Source: a virus. Taken from it: a DNA stretch of 64,000 nucleotides. The translations under genes were made by a program, and so were the position numbers. Of the stretch, positions 9,540 to 19,954 are shown in pieces. The notes beneath the pieces were generated by a model, which was not told the origin of the DNA, made no database searches, and saw only the letters and a list, made by a program, of their open reading frames with translations. The stretch is from IMG/VR virus record IMGVR_UViG_3300028581_000013; one strand, given 5' to 3'. Positions within the stretch are counted from its first letter, which is position 1. Each line of letters opens with the position of its first letter.

Positions 9540-11186
9540 ATGGCAAATAAATTCTCACTTTTTGGCTTTACAATAGCACGAAATAAGGAAGAACAATTCC
9601 AAGAAGTGCAACAATCTTTCACGCCTCCAGCAAACGAGGACGGTGCTCTTACTATTACTTCTGCCGCATATTATGGTACATATGTTGATCTAGACGGCAC
9701 AGCAAAAAATGATGTTGAATTAATTTCTCGTTATCGTGAAATGTCAATGCAGCCAGAAATTGAGTCTGCACTTGATGATATCGTAGGAGAAGCCATTTGT
9801 CAAGATGATGATGGCCAAATTATTAAATTGGTTTTAGATGATTTAAAACAACCAGAAAAAATCAAATCTGCCATTAAAGCTGAATTTGAAACAATCATGC
9901 GCCTGTTAAATTATAAGAACATGGCACAAGATATCTTCCGCAGATACTATGTAGATGGTCGTCTATTTTATCATCTTATTGTTGATAAAGCCAAACCAAT
10001 GGAAGGTATTAAAGAATTACGATATATTGATCCACGAAAGTTAAGAAAAATTCGTGAGATGAAGAAAGAAAAAGATCCAAGAACCGGTGTTGAAGTGATG
10101 AAAGTAATCAACGAATATTATATATTCAATGACAAAGTTACTACAGGTGCTTCTTCAAACTTTGGACCAGTTGGTGTTCGTATTACAACCGATTCTATTG
10201 TTTCTGTTGTGTCTGGATTGATGGATTCTCGCCGGGCTGTTGTGTTATCTTATCTACACAAAGCAATTAAACCATTAAATCAGTTACGTATGATTGAAGA
10301 TGCCACAGTTATCTATCGTATCTCACGTGCACCTGAGCGTAGAATATTTTATATTGATGTAGGTAATCTGCCTAAGTTAAAAGCGGAACAATACCTCCGT
10401 GATATTATGGTCAAATATAAAAACAAACTGGTCTATGATGCCAACACAGGCGAGATTCGTGATGACCGTAAGTTCTTATCAATGATGGAAGATTTTTGGT
10501 TACCACGCCGTGAAGGTGGTAAAGGCACAGAGATTACAACATTACCTGGAGGTCAAAATCTAGGTGAATTAGAAGATGTAAAGTATTTTGAAAAGAAACT
10601 TTACAAGGCTTTAAACGTTCCAATCTCTCGATTAGAACCAAATCAAGGGTTTTCTCTTGGCCGAGTAGCCGAAGTTACTCGTGACGAACTTAAATTTTCT
10701 AAGTTTGTTGATCGGTTACGTAATAAGTTTTCTGATTTGTTTGACCAAGCAATGCGAGTACAATGTGTATTAAAAGGCATTTGTACAGCAGAGGAATGGG
10801 AATCATTTAAAGAACACATTCATTATGACTTTATTAAAGACAACAACTTTACAGAACTTAAAGATGCTGAATTAATGAAAGAGCGACTTTCATTGTTAGG
10901 ATCAGTTGATCCCTACACGGGTCGTTATTTTTCACAATCTTGGATTCAAAGAAATGTGTTGCGTTTAACAGATGATGAGATTAAAGAAATGCAGGTTGAG
11001 ATGGACGAAGAAAAAGAAGCTGGTCTTGGACTGCCTGTTGGTGTTACGAATGATGTGGCACAAGCACAGATGATGTCTAATGTACCACAACAACCAACTC
11101 ATCCTGATGATTTAGAAGCACAGGCAGATACCAAAAAACAACAAGAAGAAGTCAATATCATAACTAAATTGAAGCGAATATTATAA
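9540..11186 (+). CDS. gp20: Portal protein
   Basis: YRISRAPERRIFYIDVGNLP, EDFWLPRREGGKGTEITTLPGGQNLG. Confidence 0.98.
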   Translation: MANKFSLFGFTIARNKEEQFQEVQQSFTPPANEDGALTITSAAYYGTYVDLDGTAKNDVELISRYREMSMQPEIESALDDIVGEAICQDDDGQIIKLVLDDLKQPEKIKSAIKAEFETIMRLLNYKNMAQDIFRRYYVDGRLFYHLIVDKAKPMEGIKELRYIDPRKLRKIREMKKEKDPRTGVEVMKVINEYYIFNDKVTTGASSNFGPVGVRITTDSIVSVVSGLMDSRRAVVLSYLHKAIKPLNQLRMIEDATVIYRISRAPERRIFYIDVGNLPKLKAEQYLRDIMVKYKNKLVYDANTGEIRDDRKFLSMMEDFWLPRREGGKGTEITTLPGGQNLGELEDVKYFEKKLYKALNVPISRLEPNQGFSLGRVAEVTRDELKFSKFVDRLRNKFSDLFDQAMRVQCVLKGICTAEEWESFKEHIHYDFIKDNNFTELKDAELMKERLSLLGSVDPYTGRYFSQSWIQRNVLRLTDDEIKEMQVEMDEEKEAGLGLPVGVTNDVAQAQMMSNVPQQPTHPDDLEAQADTKKQQEEVNIITKLKRIL

Positions 11187-11189
11187 ATA
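11182..11189 (+). promoter_or_regulatory. Late promoter TATAAATA
   Basis: Exact consensus at the end of gp20. Confidence 0.75.
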
Positions 11190-11207
11190 TTTTTGGAGAA
11201 AAAACAA

Positions 11208-11435
11208 ATGGATACGAAACAAATTATTGATTATGCTTACCAAGATAATGGTGTTGCATTTAAAGATGCCTTGTATGCATCAATACATGATAAGGTAACG
11301 GCTCATATAGAAGCCAAAAAGCAAGAAATTGCACAGAATTTAATAGCACAGAATAATGAACCATCTGAAGCAACAGCACAAGATGTTGCTATCGGTGTAC
11401 CAGAAACACAGGAAACGGCAAGTGAAAACACTTAA
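11208..11435 (+). CDS. Small acidic prohead core protein (gp67 position)
   Basis: ATG 11208 with GGAG SD; syntenic position after portal. Confidence 0.55.
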   Translation: MDTKQIIDYAYQDNGVAFKDALYASIHDKVTAHIEAKKQEIAQNLIAQNNEPSEATAQDVAIGVPETQETASENT

Positions 11436-11643
11436 AGAGTTTCGTAACCATCAAATTGACGAGGCAAAACTGCCGGCAGATCCGCCAGCGGTTATGCTTA
11501 TGAAAAGACAGTCAATTCGACAGTTTGGTGATGGACAAAGAGTGGCTCTTTATTATGTGGATAAAATTAATAAATACATTACCATACCATATAACGCATC
11601 ACAATGGTCATTAACAATACCAGAAGAATTTAAACAGGAATAA
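11422..11643 (+). CDS. Hypothetical, probable internal head protein
   Basis: GTG start gives MKTLKEFRNHQIDE, resembling the T4 capsid-targeting sequence plus an I-x-E site. Confidence 0.55.
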   Translation: MKTLKEFRNHQIDEAKLPADPPAVMLMKRQSIRQFGDGQRVALYYVDKINKYITIPYNASQWSLTIPEEFKQE

Positions 11644-11646
11644 AAA

Positions 11647-12177
11647 ATGCCAAATTCATTTACATATCAAGTAATAAAAGATACTACAGAAAGTGCAGTG
11701 ATTAAACTTACTGGTAATTTTGATGGTTCGGGCCAAGAAGATAATACTGCTCGAATTCAAGCAAACACTTTATATGGTGCACTTGATGCAAACAATGTTC
11801 CTTTGCGTTCGGCTTTAAGTCAAAGTAATACAGCAAAATCATTTTATGGATTATCGGTAAACCGTATGTGGTATACTGTTTCTGCAGGAGCACTAGTTCA
11901 GTTACAATGGACCGCCTCAACATCTTTACCTATTTGTAATGTTATTGGTAGTGCTGAGTATGATGGTGCATCAAACTGGCCTACTATTCCAAATAATGCC
12001 GAAGGTGCTGCAGGATGTAATGGAAACATTGGCATATCTACAAAAGGTATGGCAGCAAATGGTGCATATACAATTATATTAGATATTCGTAAACATAATG
12101 AATACTATCAGCGTGGTCAGTTTAATGATCCGGCTGCATTTAACTTTGGTAGTTATTCTTTAAGACCTGCTCCATAA
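11647..12177 (+). CDS. Hypothetical head-module structural protein
   Basis: 176-aa ORF in the head gene cluster. Confidence 0.6.
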   Translation: MPNSFTYQVIKDTTESAVIKLTGNFDGSGQEDNTARIQANTLYGALDANNVPLRSALSQSNTAKSFYGLSVNRMWYTVSAGALVQLQWTASTSLPICNVIGSAEYDGASNWPTIPNNAEGAAGCNGNIGISTKGMAANGAYTIILDIRKHNEYYQRGQFNDPAAFNFGSYSLRPAP

Positions 12178-12614
12178 TGAGTGAGTTTGTTTCAAAACTT
12201 CTTTCTAATAATGTTTTAGAAGCAAAAAACGTTTTAGATGAAAAATTAAAAAAGTTGATTGAAAACAAAATCAACCAAATAAAACTCCGCATGGCGGCAG
12301 AAATGTTTGAAGATTGTGGTGTTGAAGTAGATTTTGAAATAGAAAATATTGCTGAAGGCAATATAATGAAAATGGGTAGAACCAAAATGGTTCGGATCCG
12401 TATTCGTGCTGGTAAAGTACAAAGACGTAAAAAGTTATCTGCTGTACCTGGTTTTACGATTCGTGGTGGGAAAATGATTCGAATGTCACCCATGGAACGC
12501 AGACATCGTAAAATGGCAGCCAGAAGAGCTAAGTTTAAAAGACGGGCTAAAATGAGCCAGTCTTTAAGAAAAAGAAGGATATCACTCAGAAGAAGAGGAA
12601 CATACGGATTATGA
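12177..12614 (+). CDS. Prohead core protein (gp68-like), very basic C-terminus
   Basis: Directly before gp21; Arg/Lys-rich tail. Confidence 0.6.
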   Translation: MSEFVSKLLSNNVLEAKNVLDEKLKKLIENKINQIKLRMAAEMFEDCGVEVDFEIENIAEGNIMKMGRTKMVRIRIRAGKVQRRKKLSAVPGFTIRGGKMIRMSPMERRHRKMAARRAKFKRRAKMSQSLRKRRISLRRRGTYGL

Positions 12615-13255
12615 AATTAATCAAAGAAATAACCGAAACTGTTAGTTATCTTGTAGAAGATTCTAATGGTAAAAAGTCTTTACATATAGAAGGACCGTTC
12701 CTGGTTGCTGAGAAGAAAAATCGTAATGGTCGTCTGTATGAGTATAACACCATGAAAAAAGAAGTTTCCAGATACACGGAAGAATATATTAACAAACACC
12801 GTGCTTTTGGTGAACTAGGTCATCCAGAATCTCCATCTATTAACTTAGACCGAGTTTCACACATGATTACATCTTTAAAAGAAGATGGTAACCAATGGAT
12901 TGGTAAAGCAAAAATTTTAGATACTCCTATGGGTAATATCGCCAAAAGTCTTATTGAAGGCGGTGCTCAATTAGGTGTATCTTCACGGGGCATGGGCTCA
13001 CTAAAGAATGTCAATGGAGTTAATGTCGTTCAGCCCGATTTTTATCTAGCCACAGCGGCAGATATAGTAGCAGATCCTTCTGCGCCTGGAGCATTTGTTC
13101 AAGGCATTATGGAAGGTAAAGAATGGATGTTAGTCAACGGTGTTTGGACCGAAGTCGAATACACTCAAGCCGTCAATGAAATTAGGAAGGCAACGAGTAA
13201 GGAAATCGAAGAAGTAAGTCTACGCATTTTTGAGAACTTCATGAAAAAACTTTAA
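12611..13255 (+). CDS. gp21: Prohead protease
   Basis: NRNGRLY, GELGHP, LGVSSRGMGSL, DIVADPSAPGAFV. Confidence 0.97.
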   Translation: MKLIKEITETVSYLVEDSNGKKSLHIEGPFLVAEKKNRNGRLYEYNTMKKEVSRYTEEYINKHRAFGELGHPESPSINLDRVSHMITSLKEDGNQWIGKAKILDTPMGNIAKSLIEGGAQLGVSSRGMGSLKNVNGVNVVQPDFYLATAADIVADPSAPGAFVQGIMEGKEWMLVNGVWTEVEYTQAVNEIRKATSKEIEEVSLRIFENFMKKL

Positions 13256-13256
13256 A

Positions 13257-13264
13257 TATAAATA
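13257..13264 (+). promoter_or_regulatory. Late promoter TATAAATA
   Basis: Exact consensus upstream of gp22. Confidence 0.8.
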
Positions 13265-13292
13265 TCCAATATAAATCAAGGAGATTTTCAAA

Positions 13293-14483
13293 ATGGCAAA
13301 ATTTAATCTGTCTGAAGCCGCTAAAGAAATACTTTCTGCATCTGTAACAAGCAAAAAGTCTGGCCAAGATAAACCACAAAAATTAACTGGCGATGTTGCT
13401 TACGGCACAAAAGAAGCTGGCGACATTGGTACAGAAGTTACTAAAACAACCGATGCTGGTCCAGATGCAACTAAGGGTGCTCCAACAGCAACCGCTCCTG
13501 GTGCCACACCTCCTGTAGGTTCTGAGCCAATGAAGAAGTTGGCAAAGCAACCACAAGAGCAAGGTTCTAATGAGCAACCAGAAGGCAAAGCTGCTTCACA
13601 GAAGTTTGCTAAAAATCCTGGTGCCACATTCCAGTCTTATGGCGAAGAAACTGAAGCTGAAGAAGAAGTTATTGCTGAAGCTGAAAAAGAAGAAGGCCAT
13701 GATGATGAAAAACAAGATAAAGCCATGATCAAAAAAATGATTAACAAAGAAAAAATGAAGGAAGATATTGACGCTTTAATGTCTGGCGAAAATCTTTCTG
13801 AAGAATTCGTACAAAAAGCTGCCACAATATTTGAAGCTGCCGTTGTTGCACGTGCAGAAGAAGTTATTGCTGAAGCTGAAGCCGAGTTACTTGAGCAATT
13901 TGAAAGTGCCATTGAAGAAGTTAAAGAAGATTTGGCAACTAAAGTTGACGATTACCTAAACTATGTTGTTGAGCAATGGATGAAAGAAAATGAAATTGCA
14001 ATCGAGAAAGGCCTACGTGCTGAGATTGTTGAAGATTTCATTGGCGGTTTACGCAATCTATTCATTGAGCATTACATCGACATTCCTGCCGACAAGGTAG
14101 ACGTTGTTGAAGAACTCACAACACGAGTTGAAGAACTTGAGGCTTCTTTAAATGAGCAGATTACTCATGGTATCGAACTTAAAAAAGAATTAAACGAACA
14201 GAAAAAAATTGAGGCTATCTACACAGCGTGTGAAGGCCTGACGCAGACCCAAGTAGAAAAATTAAAATCACTCGCAGAGGGTGTGGAATTTACTACTGAG
14301 GGAGAGTTTGTCGAAAAACTATCCACTTTAAAAGAATCATATTTTAAAACGGAAGTTAAAGTAGCAGACAATTCCGCTCTAGATGATGAAGTCGATATTG
14401 AAGAAGAAAAGAAGGTTGTAAAATCTTCCGATCCTTTGATGGAAGTTTACTCAAAAGCAATTTCACAAACTGTAAACAAATAA
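13293..14483 (+). CDS. gp22: Prohead core scaffold protein
   Basis: LSEEFVQKAATIFEAAV, VDDYLNYVVEQWM; between gp21 and gp23. Confidence 0.92.
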   Translation: MAKFNLSEAAKEILSASVTSKKSGQDKPQKLTGDVAYGTKEAGDIGTEVTKTTDAGPDATKGAPTATAPGATPPVGSEPMKKLAKQPQEQGSNEQPEGKAASQKFAKNPGATFQSYGEETEAEEEVIAEAEKEEGHDDEKQDKAMIKKMINKEKMKEDIDALMSGENLSEEFVQKAATIFEAAVVARAEEVIAEAEAELLEQFESAIEEVKEDLATKVDDYLNYVVEQWMKENEIAIEKGLRAEIVEDFIGGLRNLFIEHYIDIPADKVDVVEELTTRVEELEASLNEQITHGIELKKELNEQKKIEAIYTACEGLTQTQVEKLKSLAEGVEFTTEGEFVEKLSTLKESYFKTEVKVADNSALDDEVDIEEEKKVVKSSDPLMEVYSKAISQTVNK

Positions 14484-14514
14484 TAACAAATATACAACAA
14501 AAGGAAAACAAAAA

Positions 14515-15843
14515 ATGTATATGACTGAAGAACTACAAAAAAAATGGACACCAGTTTTGGAGCATCCAGAACTTGAAGCCATTAAAGACCCATACAAGCG
14601 TGCTGTTACAGCTCTCGTATTAGAGAACCAACAACAAGCTATGTCGCAAGACCGTATGGCCCTAAACGAAGTTACTGTAACAGGTCCAGAGAATGCTACT
14701 GGCAATGCAATTCAGAACTTTGATCCAATTTTGATCAGCTTGGTACGCCGTGCTCTGCCAAATCTAATCGCTTATGACGTTGCTGGTGTTCAACCAATGA
14801 CAGGTCCTACCGGTTTGATTTTTGCAATGCGTGCTCGTTACAGTACACAAGACGGTACTGAGGCTTTCTTCAATGAGCCAAATACACAGTTCTCTGGTTC
14901 TGTATCTGCAACAAACCCATACGGTTTCCAAGGTACAACAGCACAAGATACAGCTAACACATTCCAAAATCCAGCATCATTGACAACTACCTCTGGTATT
15001 GCAATGCCAACAGCTAACGCTGAAATTTTGGGTTCTGATAGTCCTGCTAATGCTTTCCAGCAAATGGCATTCTCTATCGAGAAAGTAACTGTAACAGCTC
15101 AAAGCCGTGCCTTGAAAGCTGAGTATTCTTTAGAACTTGCACAAGACTTAAAAGCGATTCATGGTCTTGATGCTGAAACAGAATTGTCTAACATTCTGTC
15201 TACAGAAATCCTTGCTGAGATCAACCGTGAAGTTATTCGTACCATTTACACGACTGCCGTTGCCGGTGCTCAGTATGGTACAACAACTGCTGGTTTCTTT
15301 GACCTCGATACAGATTCCAACGGCCGTTGGTCTGTTGAGCGTTTCAAGGGCCTCATTTTCCAAATTGAGCGTGATGCTAACGTAATTGCTAAGCAGACTC
15401 GCCGTGGAAAAGGTAACGTATTGATCGTTTCTTCTGACGTTGCTTCCGCTATGGCAATGGCTGGTGTATTGCAATATACTCCTGCTTTGTCTGCTGATTT
15501 GCAAGTAGATGACACAGGCAATACATTTGCTGGTCTCCTCCATGGTCGTATCAAGGTTTACATCGACCCATACTTTGGTGGATACACAAGCAACCAAGAA
15601 CTAGTAACCATCGGTTACAAAGGTTCTAGCCCATACGATGCTGGATTGTTCTATTGCCCATACGTTCCATTACAGATGGTTCGTGCTGTAGACCAGTTCA
15701 CATTCCAACCAAAGATTGGTTTCAAAACTCGTTACGGAATGGTAGCCAACCCATTCGCCAAGGGTTCTTTGGTAGGCAATGGTGCTTTGACAGAGCGTTC
15801 AAACGTTTACTATCGTTTGTTTGGCGTCAAAAACCTAATGTGA
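14515..15843 (+). CDS. gp23: Major capsid protein
   Basis: GVQPMTGPTGLIFAMR, LAQDLKAIHGLDAETEL, FQPKIGFKTRYG. Confidence 0.98.
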   Translation: MYMTEELQKKWTPVLEHPELEAIKDPYKRAVTALVLENQQQAMSQDRMALNEVTVTGPENATGNAIQNFDPILISLVRRALPNLIAYDVAGVQPMTGPTGLIFAMRARYSTQDGTEAFFNEPNTQFSGSVSATNPYGFQGTTAQDTANTFQNPASLTTTSGIAMPTANAEILGSDSPANAFQQMAFSIEKVTVTAQSRALKAEYSLELAQDLKAIHGLDAETELSNILSTEILAEINREVIRTIYTTAVAGAQYGTTTAGFFDLDTDSNGRWSVERFKGLIFQIERDANVIAKQTRRGKGNVLIVSSDVASAMAMAGVLQYTPALSADLQVDDTGNTFAGLLHGRIKVYIDPYFGGYTSNQELVTIGYKGSSPYDAGLFYCPYVPLQMVRAVDQFTFQPKIGFKTRYGMVANPFAKGSLVGNGALTERSNVYYRLFGVKNLM

Positions 15844-15874
15844 TGCATTGAGTCCTCGTTAAGAAGGACATTTG

Positions 15875-15901
15875 GAAAGGGACTTCGGTCCCTTTCTTTT
15901 T
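15875..15901 (+). terminator. Intrinsic terminator after gp23
   Basis: GAAAGGGAC-TTCG-GTCCCTTTC followed by TTTTT (cUUCGg tetraloop). Confidence 0.92.
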
Positions 15902-15929
15902 GCAATCAATTACATGGAATTCTTTACCA

Positions 15930-16319
15930 ATGTTTAAAACTTTAAAAACAATGCCGTTTGATATTAATGACCACAATCCTTCATTAAGAAGGTACGGAAT
16001 AGGATTTCCACATATGGAAGAAACAAAAAAAGACCTTAGTGAAATTCAAAAAGAAAGATGGAAACAAGGCAAATACGATCCAGAAAAATTACGGCTTAGT
16101 CGTATAGGGTTTAAACAACCAGACAGTCAAAAGATATCTGTGGCAGAAAAATTGTCATCTGAATGGATAGTAATTAATCCTAAAGGAGAATCACAGATTA
16201 TAAAAAATTTACAAAAATTTTGCAGAGAAAACGGATTAGACCAAGGAAACATGGTTAAAGTTTCTCAAGGCATAATTAAACAAAACAAAGGTTGGAAGTG
16301 CGTTAAAATAAACACCTAA
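15930..16319 (+). CDS. NUMOD3/NUMOD1-like DNA-binding protein; probable homing-endonuclease derivative lacking the catalytic domain
   Basis: HMEETKKDLSE (NUMOD3-like) and C-terminal IIKNLQKFCRENGL...KGWKC; no GIY-YIG or HNH motif; start uncertain. Confidence 0.55.
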   Translation: MFKTLKTMPFDINDHNPSLRRYGIGFPHMEETKKDLSEIQKERWKQGKYDPEKLRLSRIGFKQPDSQKISVAEKLSSEWIVINPKGESQIIKNLQKFCRENGLDQGNMVKVSQGIIKQNKGWKCVKINT

Positions 16320-16322
16320 ATA
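16315..16322 (+). promoter_or_regulatory. Late promoter variant CCTAAATA
   Basis: Upstream of gp3. Confidence 0.55.
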
Positions 16323-16351
16323 GTTGTATGTTCAAAGGATTATTTCAATAA

Positions 16352-16882
16352 ATGAGTGCCATTACCAGAACTCCAGAAAATACAGGTTATCTACAACCGT
16401 CAAAGTTTCTCTTAACTTTTGACCGTATACCAAACTGCCAGTATTTCTGTCAATCAGTAAACATACCAGGAATGAGTTTAGGGCAAGCACAAATGACTTC
16501 TCCTATGTTGGATGTTTTTGCACCTGGAAACAAACTGACATATAACCAATTAAATGTTAATTTTCCTGTTGATGCTGCAGTGGTATCATGGAAAGAAATC
16601 CATGAGTGGTTCCGTTCCATCGCATCTCCAGAGGGTTTTCCTGAAAGGAATAGGTTATCAGATCAACAGACCAAGTTTGGTAGTAAAAAACCCAAATATT
16701 ATTCTGATGCCATACTAACGGTATTGTCTGCTTTAAACAATCCTATTGTACGAATTCAATTTATAAATGCATTTCCAGTATCACTATCAGACATCCAGTT
16801 TGATACCAGAATGACGGCTGAAGATATTATTACATGTGATGCCACGTTTGTATATGATTATTTTAATTTTGTAAGTCTATAA
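16352..16882 (+). CDS. gp3: Tail tube terminator/completion protein gp3
   Basis: YFCQSVNIPG, FINAFPVSLSDIQFD; canonical gp23-gp3-uvsY-uvsW order. Confidence 0.85.
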   Translation: MSAITRTPENTGYLQPSKFLLTFDRIPNCQYFCQSVNIPGMSLGQAQMTSPMLDVFAPGNKLTYNQLNVNFPVDAAVVSWKEIHEWFRSIASPEGFPERNRLSDQQTKFGSKKPKYYSDAILTVLSALNNPIVRIQFINAFPVSLSDIQFDTRMTAEDIITCDATFVYDYFNFVSL

Positions 16883-16889
16883 CAACGGC

Positions 16890-16919
16890 TTGACACAATA
16901 ACATAAGCTGTGTTAAAAT
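16890..16919 (+). promoter_or_regulatory. Sigma70-type promoter TTGACA-N18-TAAAAT with extended -10 TG
   Basis: Upstream of uvsY. Confidence 0.7.
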
Positions 16920-16950
16920 GTAACTTTATAGTTAACTATTTGATTTTATT

Positions 16951-17385
16951 ATGGAAAATTTAGAACAAGTATTGAAGTTTTGGGAAAAAGACGTTGAGAT
17001 GGATCAAACGGAACCCGGTAAAGAACTTTTACGAATACCAATCTTACACAACAAGTACCTCTCCATACTAACAAAACACAAGATTGCCTCTAAAAAGGCA
17101 CACTTTGATTATCTCCGTATGAGAAAAATCAAGTGGGAATACTACACAGGCAAGATGTCCCAAGAGGAACTTCAGGAATACGGTTGGGAACCATTCCAAT
17201 TCACTCTTAAATCTGACATCAGTACCTATCTCGAAGCAGATACCGACCTAATAAAGTTGTTAGAAAAGAAGGTATACCACGAAGAATGTGTATCGGTCAT
17301 CGAATCTATTATGAATGAATTGAAACAAAGAACTTGGCAATTGAGAGATTTTATCTCTTGGGAAAAATTTATAGGAGGCCAGTAA
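16951..17385 (+). CDS. uvsY: Recombination mediator UvsY
   Basis: IPILHNKYL, KWEYYTGK, YLEADTDL, ISWEKF. Confidence 0.9.
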   Translation: MENLEQVLKFWEKDVEMDQTEPGKELLRIPILHNKYLSILTKHKIASKKAHFDYLRMRKIKWEYYTGKMSQEELQEYGWEPFQFTLKSDISTYLEADTDLIKLLEKKVYHEECVSVIESIMNELKQRTWQLRDFISWEKFIGGQ

Positions 17386-18023
17386 TGTCTTTTCTAGTTG
17401 CAAATATACCACCTGTTAAATGTTTTGTGCGTAAAGAGTTTCTTTACAACCACGAAAAAGGTCATGGTGAATTAGAACCTTGTGTGTGGATAACTGCCAA
17501 GGCCATTAAAGGTCAGGCCTTCCGTATTGAGTGTATGCTAACCGATTACGGTGCGTTGTTTGATAAACTACCTATCTCCGCATATGTTTGGAAACCTGTA
17601 GATGAGTATCTACCATTAGATAATCTACAGATATGGGATTGTCTATCATATGACATGGCAGTAATTGAAAAATCAAATCTACGAGGCCTCAAAGTAAAAT
17701 ACTTTGGCAAAGACCGAGCATTTCATTTTGGTAAATACCTTTTTACAATTGATTTTGCGGCACCAGATTTTAATCGTATTGACACCAGTTTCTCGGAAGG
17801 TGTACAAGAACATAAATCATACAACTTTATTCAATTAGACAACGGCCAATTTGCCTGTCAACCAAACAATCGTTGCCTGTGGTATGACGTATCACTGGTA
17901 CCACCTGTAGTTAAAACTCCTGATTTCAAAATACCAACAGAAGTGTACTCAGTAGAAAACATTTCTAAGTGGAGTGTTGGTACACCTGATTCATGGTTCT
18001 ATAAGTTTGATGAAAAAGAATGA
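17385..18023 (+). CDS. Conserved hypothetical phage protein
   Basis: ATG overlaps uvsY stop (TAATG); MSFLVANIPPVKCFVRKEFLY. Confidence 0.75.
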   Translation: MSFLVANIPPVKCFVRKEFLYNHEKGHGELEPCVWITAKAIKGQAFRIECMLTDYGALFDKLPISAYVWKPVDEYLPLDNLQIWDCLSYDMAVIEKSNLRGLKVKYFGKDRAFHFGKYLFTIDFAAPDFNRIDTSFSEGVQEHKSYNFIQLDNGQFACQPNNRCLWYDVSLVPPVVKTPDFKIPTEVYSVENISKWSVGTPDSWFYKFDEKE

Positions 18024-19507
18024 GTGATTTAATTATATCAAAAAAAGATGAGGTCTATGCCAAGATAACTTGTGAAAAACACATCACAAAAGAATTATCA
18101 GAGTTCTTTACTTTTTTTGTTCCTGGTTATCAATTTGTTCCTGCGTATCGCAATCGAGTTTGGGATGGAAAAATTCGTATGTTTAATTTACAAACGAATC
18201 AAATCTATCTTGGTTTATTACCATACATTGAGGAGTTTTGTAGAGAAAGAGAATATGAGTTTGAATATGGTGATCCAAGGCCGGACGTTGAAGATGAATA
18301 CTCGGTATATCATGCGAAGAAATTCATAGGAGAGTTGAATATTCACGCTCGAGGTGAACCAATTGAAATACGAGAACATCAATTAGATGCATACATTCAT
18401 GCCATGCAAAAACGCCGAGCGTTGTTGGTTTCTCCAACGGCATCTGGCAAATCTCTTATCATCTATCTAATCTTCCGTCAATTACATCAATATCAAAATC
18501 TCAAAGGTCTTATCATTGTTCCTACCACATCTTTGGTTGAACAATTATACTCCGACTTTGGTGATTATAACAATGGTGAAATGACCAAGGTGCATCGTAT
18601 TTACCAAGGTAAAGAAAAAGACACCGACAAGCCACTTACCATTTCTACATGGCAATCTCTGTATAAACTTCCAAAAGAATACTTTCACCAATTTGATTAT
18701 ATCGTTGGTGATGAGGCACATCTATTCAAAGCACAATCACTCACCACAATATTGACCTCCTGTGTTAATGCTAAATATAGGATAGGTCTTACAGGTACAT
18801 TAGATGGTACCAAAACACATAAACTGGTGTTAGAAGGTTTGTTTGGTTCAGTCAAAAAAGTAATTACCACAAGAGAGTTAATTGATAAACAGCAAGTTTC
18901 AGATTTTGAAATTAAGTGTTTAGTTTTAAAACACGATGATGAGATATGTTTACAATTAAAAGATAAAACATACCAAGAAGAAATACAGTATCTAATTGCA
19001 AACGAAAATAGAAATAAATTTATTAAGAATCTTGCAGTTAGCTTAGGTAATAATACATTGATATTGTATCAAATGGTTGACAAACATGGTCAAATACTAT
19101 ATGATATGATTAAGAACACCGAAAAGATTGGTGATCGAAAAGTTTTCTTTGTTCATGGTGGCACCGATACAACAGATAGAGAAGAAATAAGAAGAATAAT
19201 GGAGATAGAAAATGATGCGATTGTTGTGGCATCTTTTGGTACTTTTAGCACTGGTATCAACATTCGCAATCTACACAATATCATCTTTGCAAGTCCTTCT
19301 AAGTCAAGGATTCGTAATCTGCAATCTATCGGTAGAGGATTACGACAAGCTGAAGGAAAAGAAAGAGCAACACTCTATGATATTGCCGATGATTTACGAT
19401 ACAAGAAACACATAAATTTTACATTAAAACATTTTGTTGAACGAATTAAAATTTACACGGAAGAAAAGTTCCCATTCAAAATATATAAAATAGGACTAAA
19501 AAAATGA
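18020..19507 (+). CDS. uvsW: DNA helicase UvsW
   Basis: SPTASGKS, DEAH, GLTGT, QSIGRGLR. Confidence 0.96.
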   Translation: MSDLIISKKDEVYAKITCEKHITKELSEFFTFFVPGYQFVPAYRNRVWDGKIRMFNLQTNQIYLGLLPYIEEFCREREYEFEYGDPRPDVEDEYSVYHAKKFIGELNIHARGEPIEIREHQLDAYIHAMQKRRALLVSPTASGKSLIIYLIFRQLHQYQNLKGLIIVPTTSLVEQLYSDFGDYNNGEMTKVHRIYQGKEKDTDKPLTISTWQSLYKLPKEYFHQFDYIVGDEAHLFKAQSLTTILTSCVNAKYRIGLTGTLDGTKTHKLVLEGLFGSVKKVITTRELIDKQQVSDFEIKCLVLKHDDEICLQLKDKTYQEEIQYLIANENRNKFIKNLAVSLGNNTLILYQMVDKHGQILYDMIKNTEKIGDRKVFFVHGGTDTTDREEIRRIMEIENDAIVVASFGTFSTGINIRNLHNIIFASPSKSRIRNLQSIGRGLRQAEGKERATLYDIADDLRYKKHINFTLKHFVERIKIYTEEKFPFKIYKIGLKK

Positions 19508-19884
19508 ACACAATAAAAATAGTTCGATTAAAGAGTGGTGAAGATATTATTGGTAATGTAACCGCCAATGGTATTCAATATTATGACATTGACGAACCAA
19601 TGGCATTTGAGGTTGATTACCGTGGTAATCATTCTGGTTTAGTTATGAGGCATTGGCTGCCAGTTCAACTGCTTAAGAAAAATCAAATTCAATTAAACGC
19701 TCATGATGTTCTTTGTGTTTTAGAACCAGACGATGAATTCTCCGAATATTACCTTAGTACTGTGGAAAAAGTTAATCGATTGTTAGAGGCAAAAGCTTCA
19801 GTAAAGGATATGACCGATGATGAAATACAAGAAATTGTTGATGAATTTAATACGATGAACCAAGGTAATGATACATTACATTAA
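19504..19884 (+). CDS. Hypothetical protein (Sm-like N-terminus)
   Basis: IKIVRLKSGEDIIG; position between uvsW and gp55. Confidence 0.65.
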   Translation: MNTIKIVRLKSGEDIIGNVTANGIQYYDIDEPMAFEVDYRGNHSGLVMRHWLPVQLLKKNQIQLNAHDVLCVLEPDDEFSEYYLSTVEKVNRLLEAKASVKDMTDDEIQEIVDEFNTMNQGNDTLH

Positions 19885-19907
19885 TACTTTAAACCAGGAC
19901 ATACTCG

Positions 19908-19936
19908 ACTTTACACTCTTGTCAAGCAAATGTCAA
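19908..19936 (-). promoter_or_regulatory. Antisense sigma70-type promoter TTGACA-N17-TAAAGT
   Basis: Plus strand reads ACTTTA (19908-13) ... TGTCAA (19931-36). Confidence 0.5.
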
Positions 19937-19954
19937 TAACTTTATGTGGTAAAC

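Noticed and set aside
13383-15597. Several minus-strand ORFs antisense to gp22/gp23
   Set aside because: Antisense shadows of highly biased structural genes; no promoter or SD
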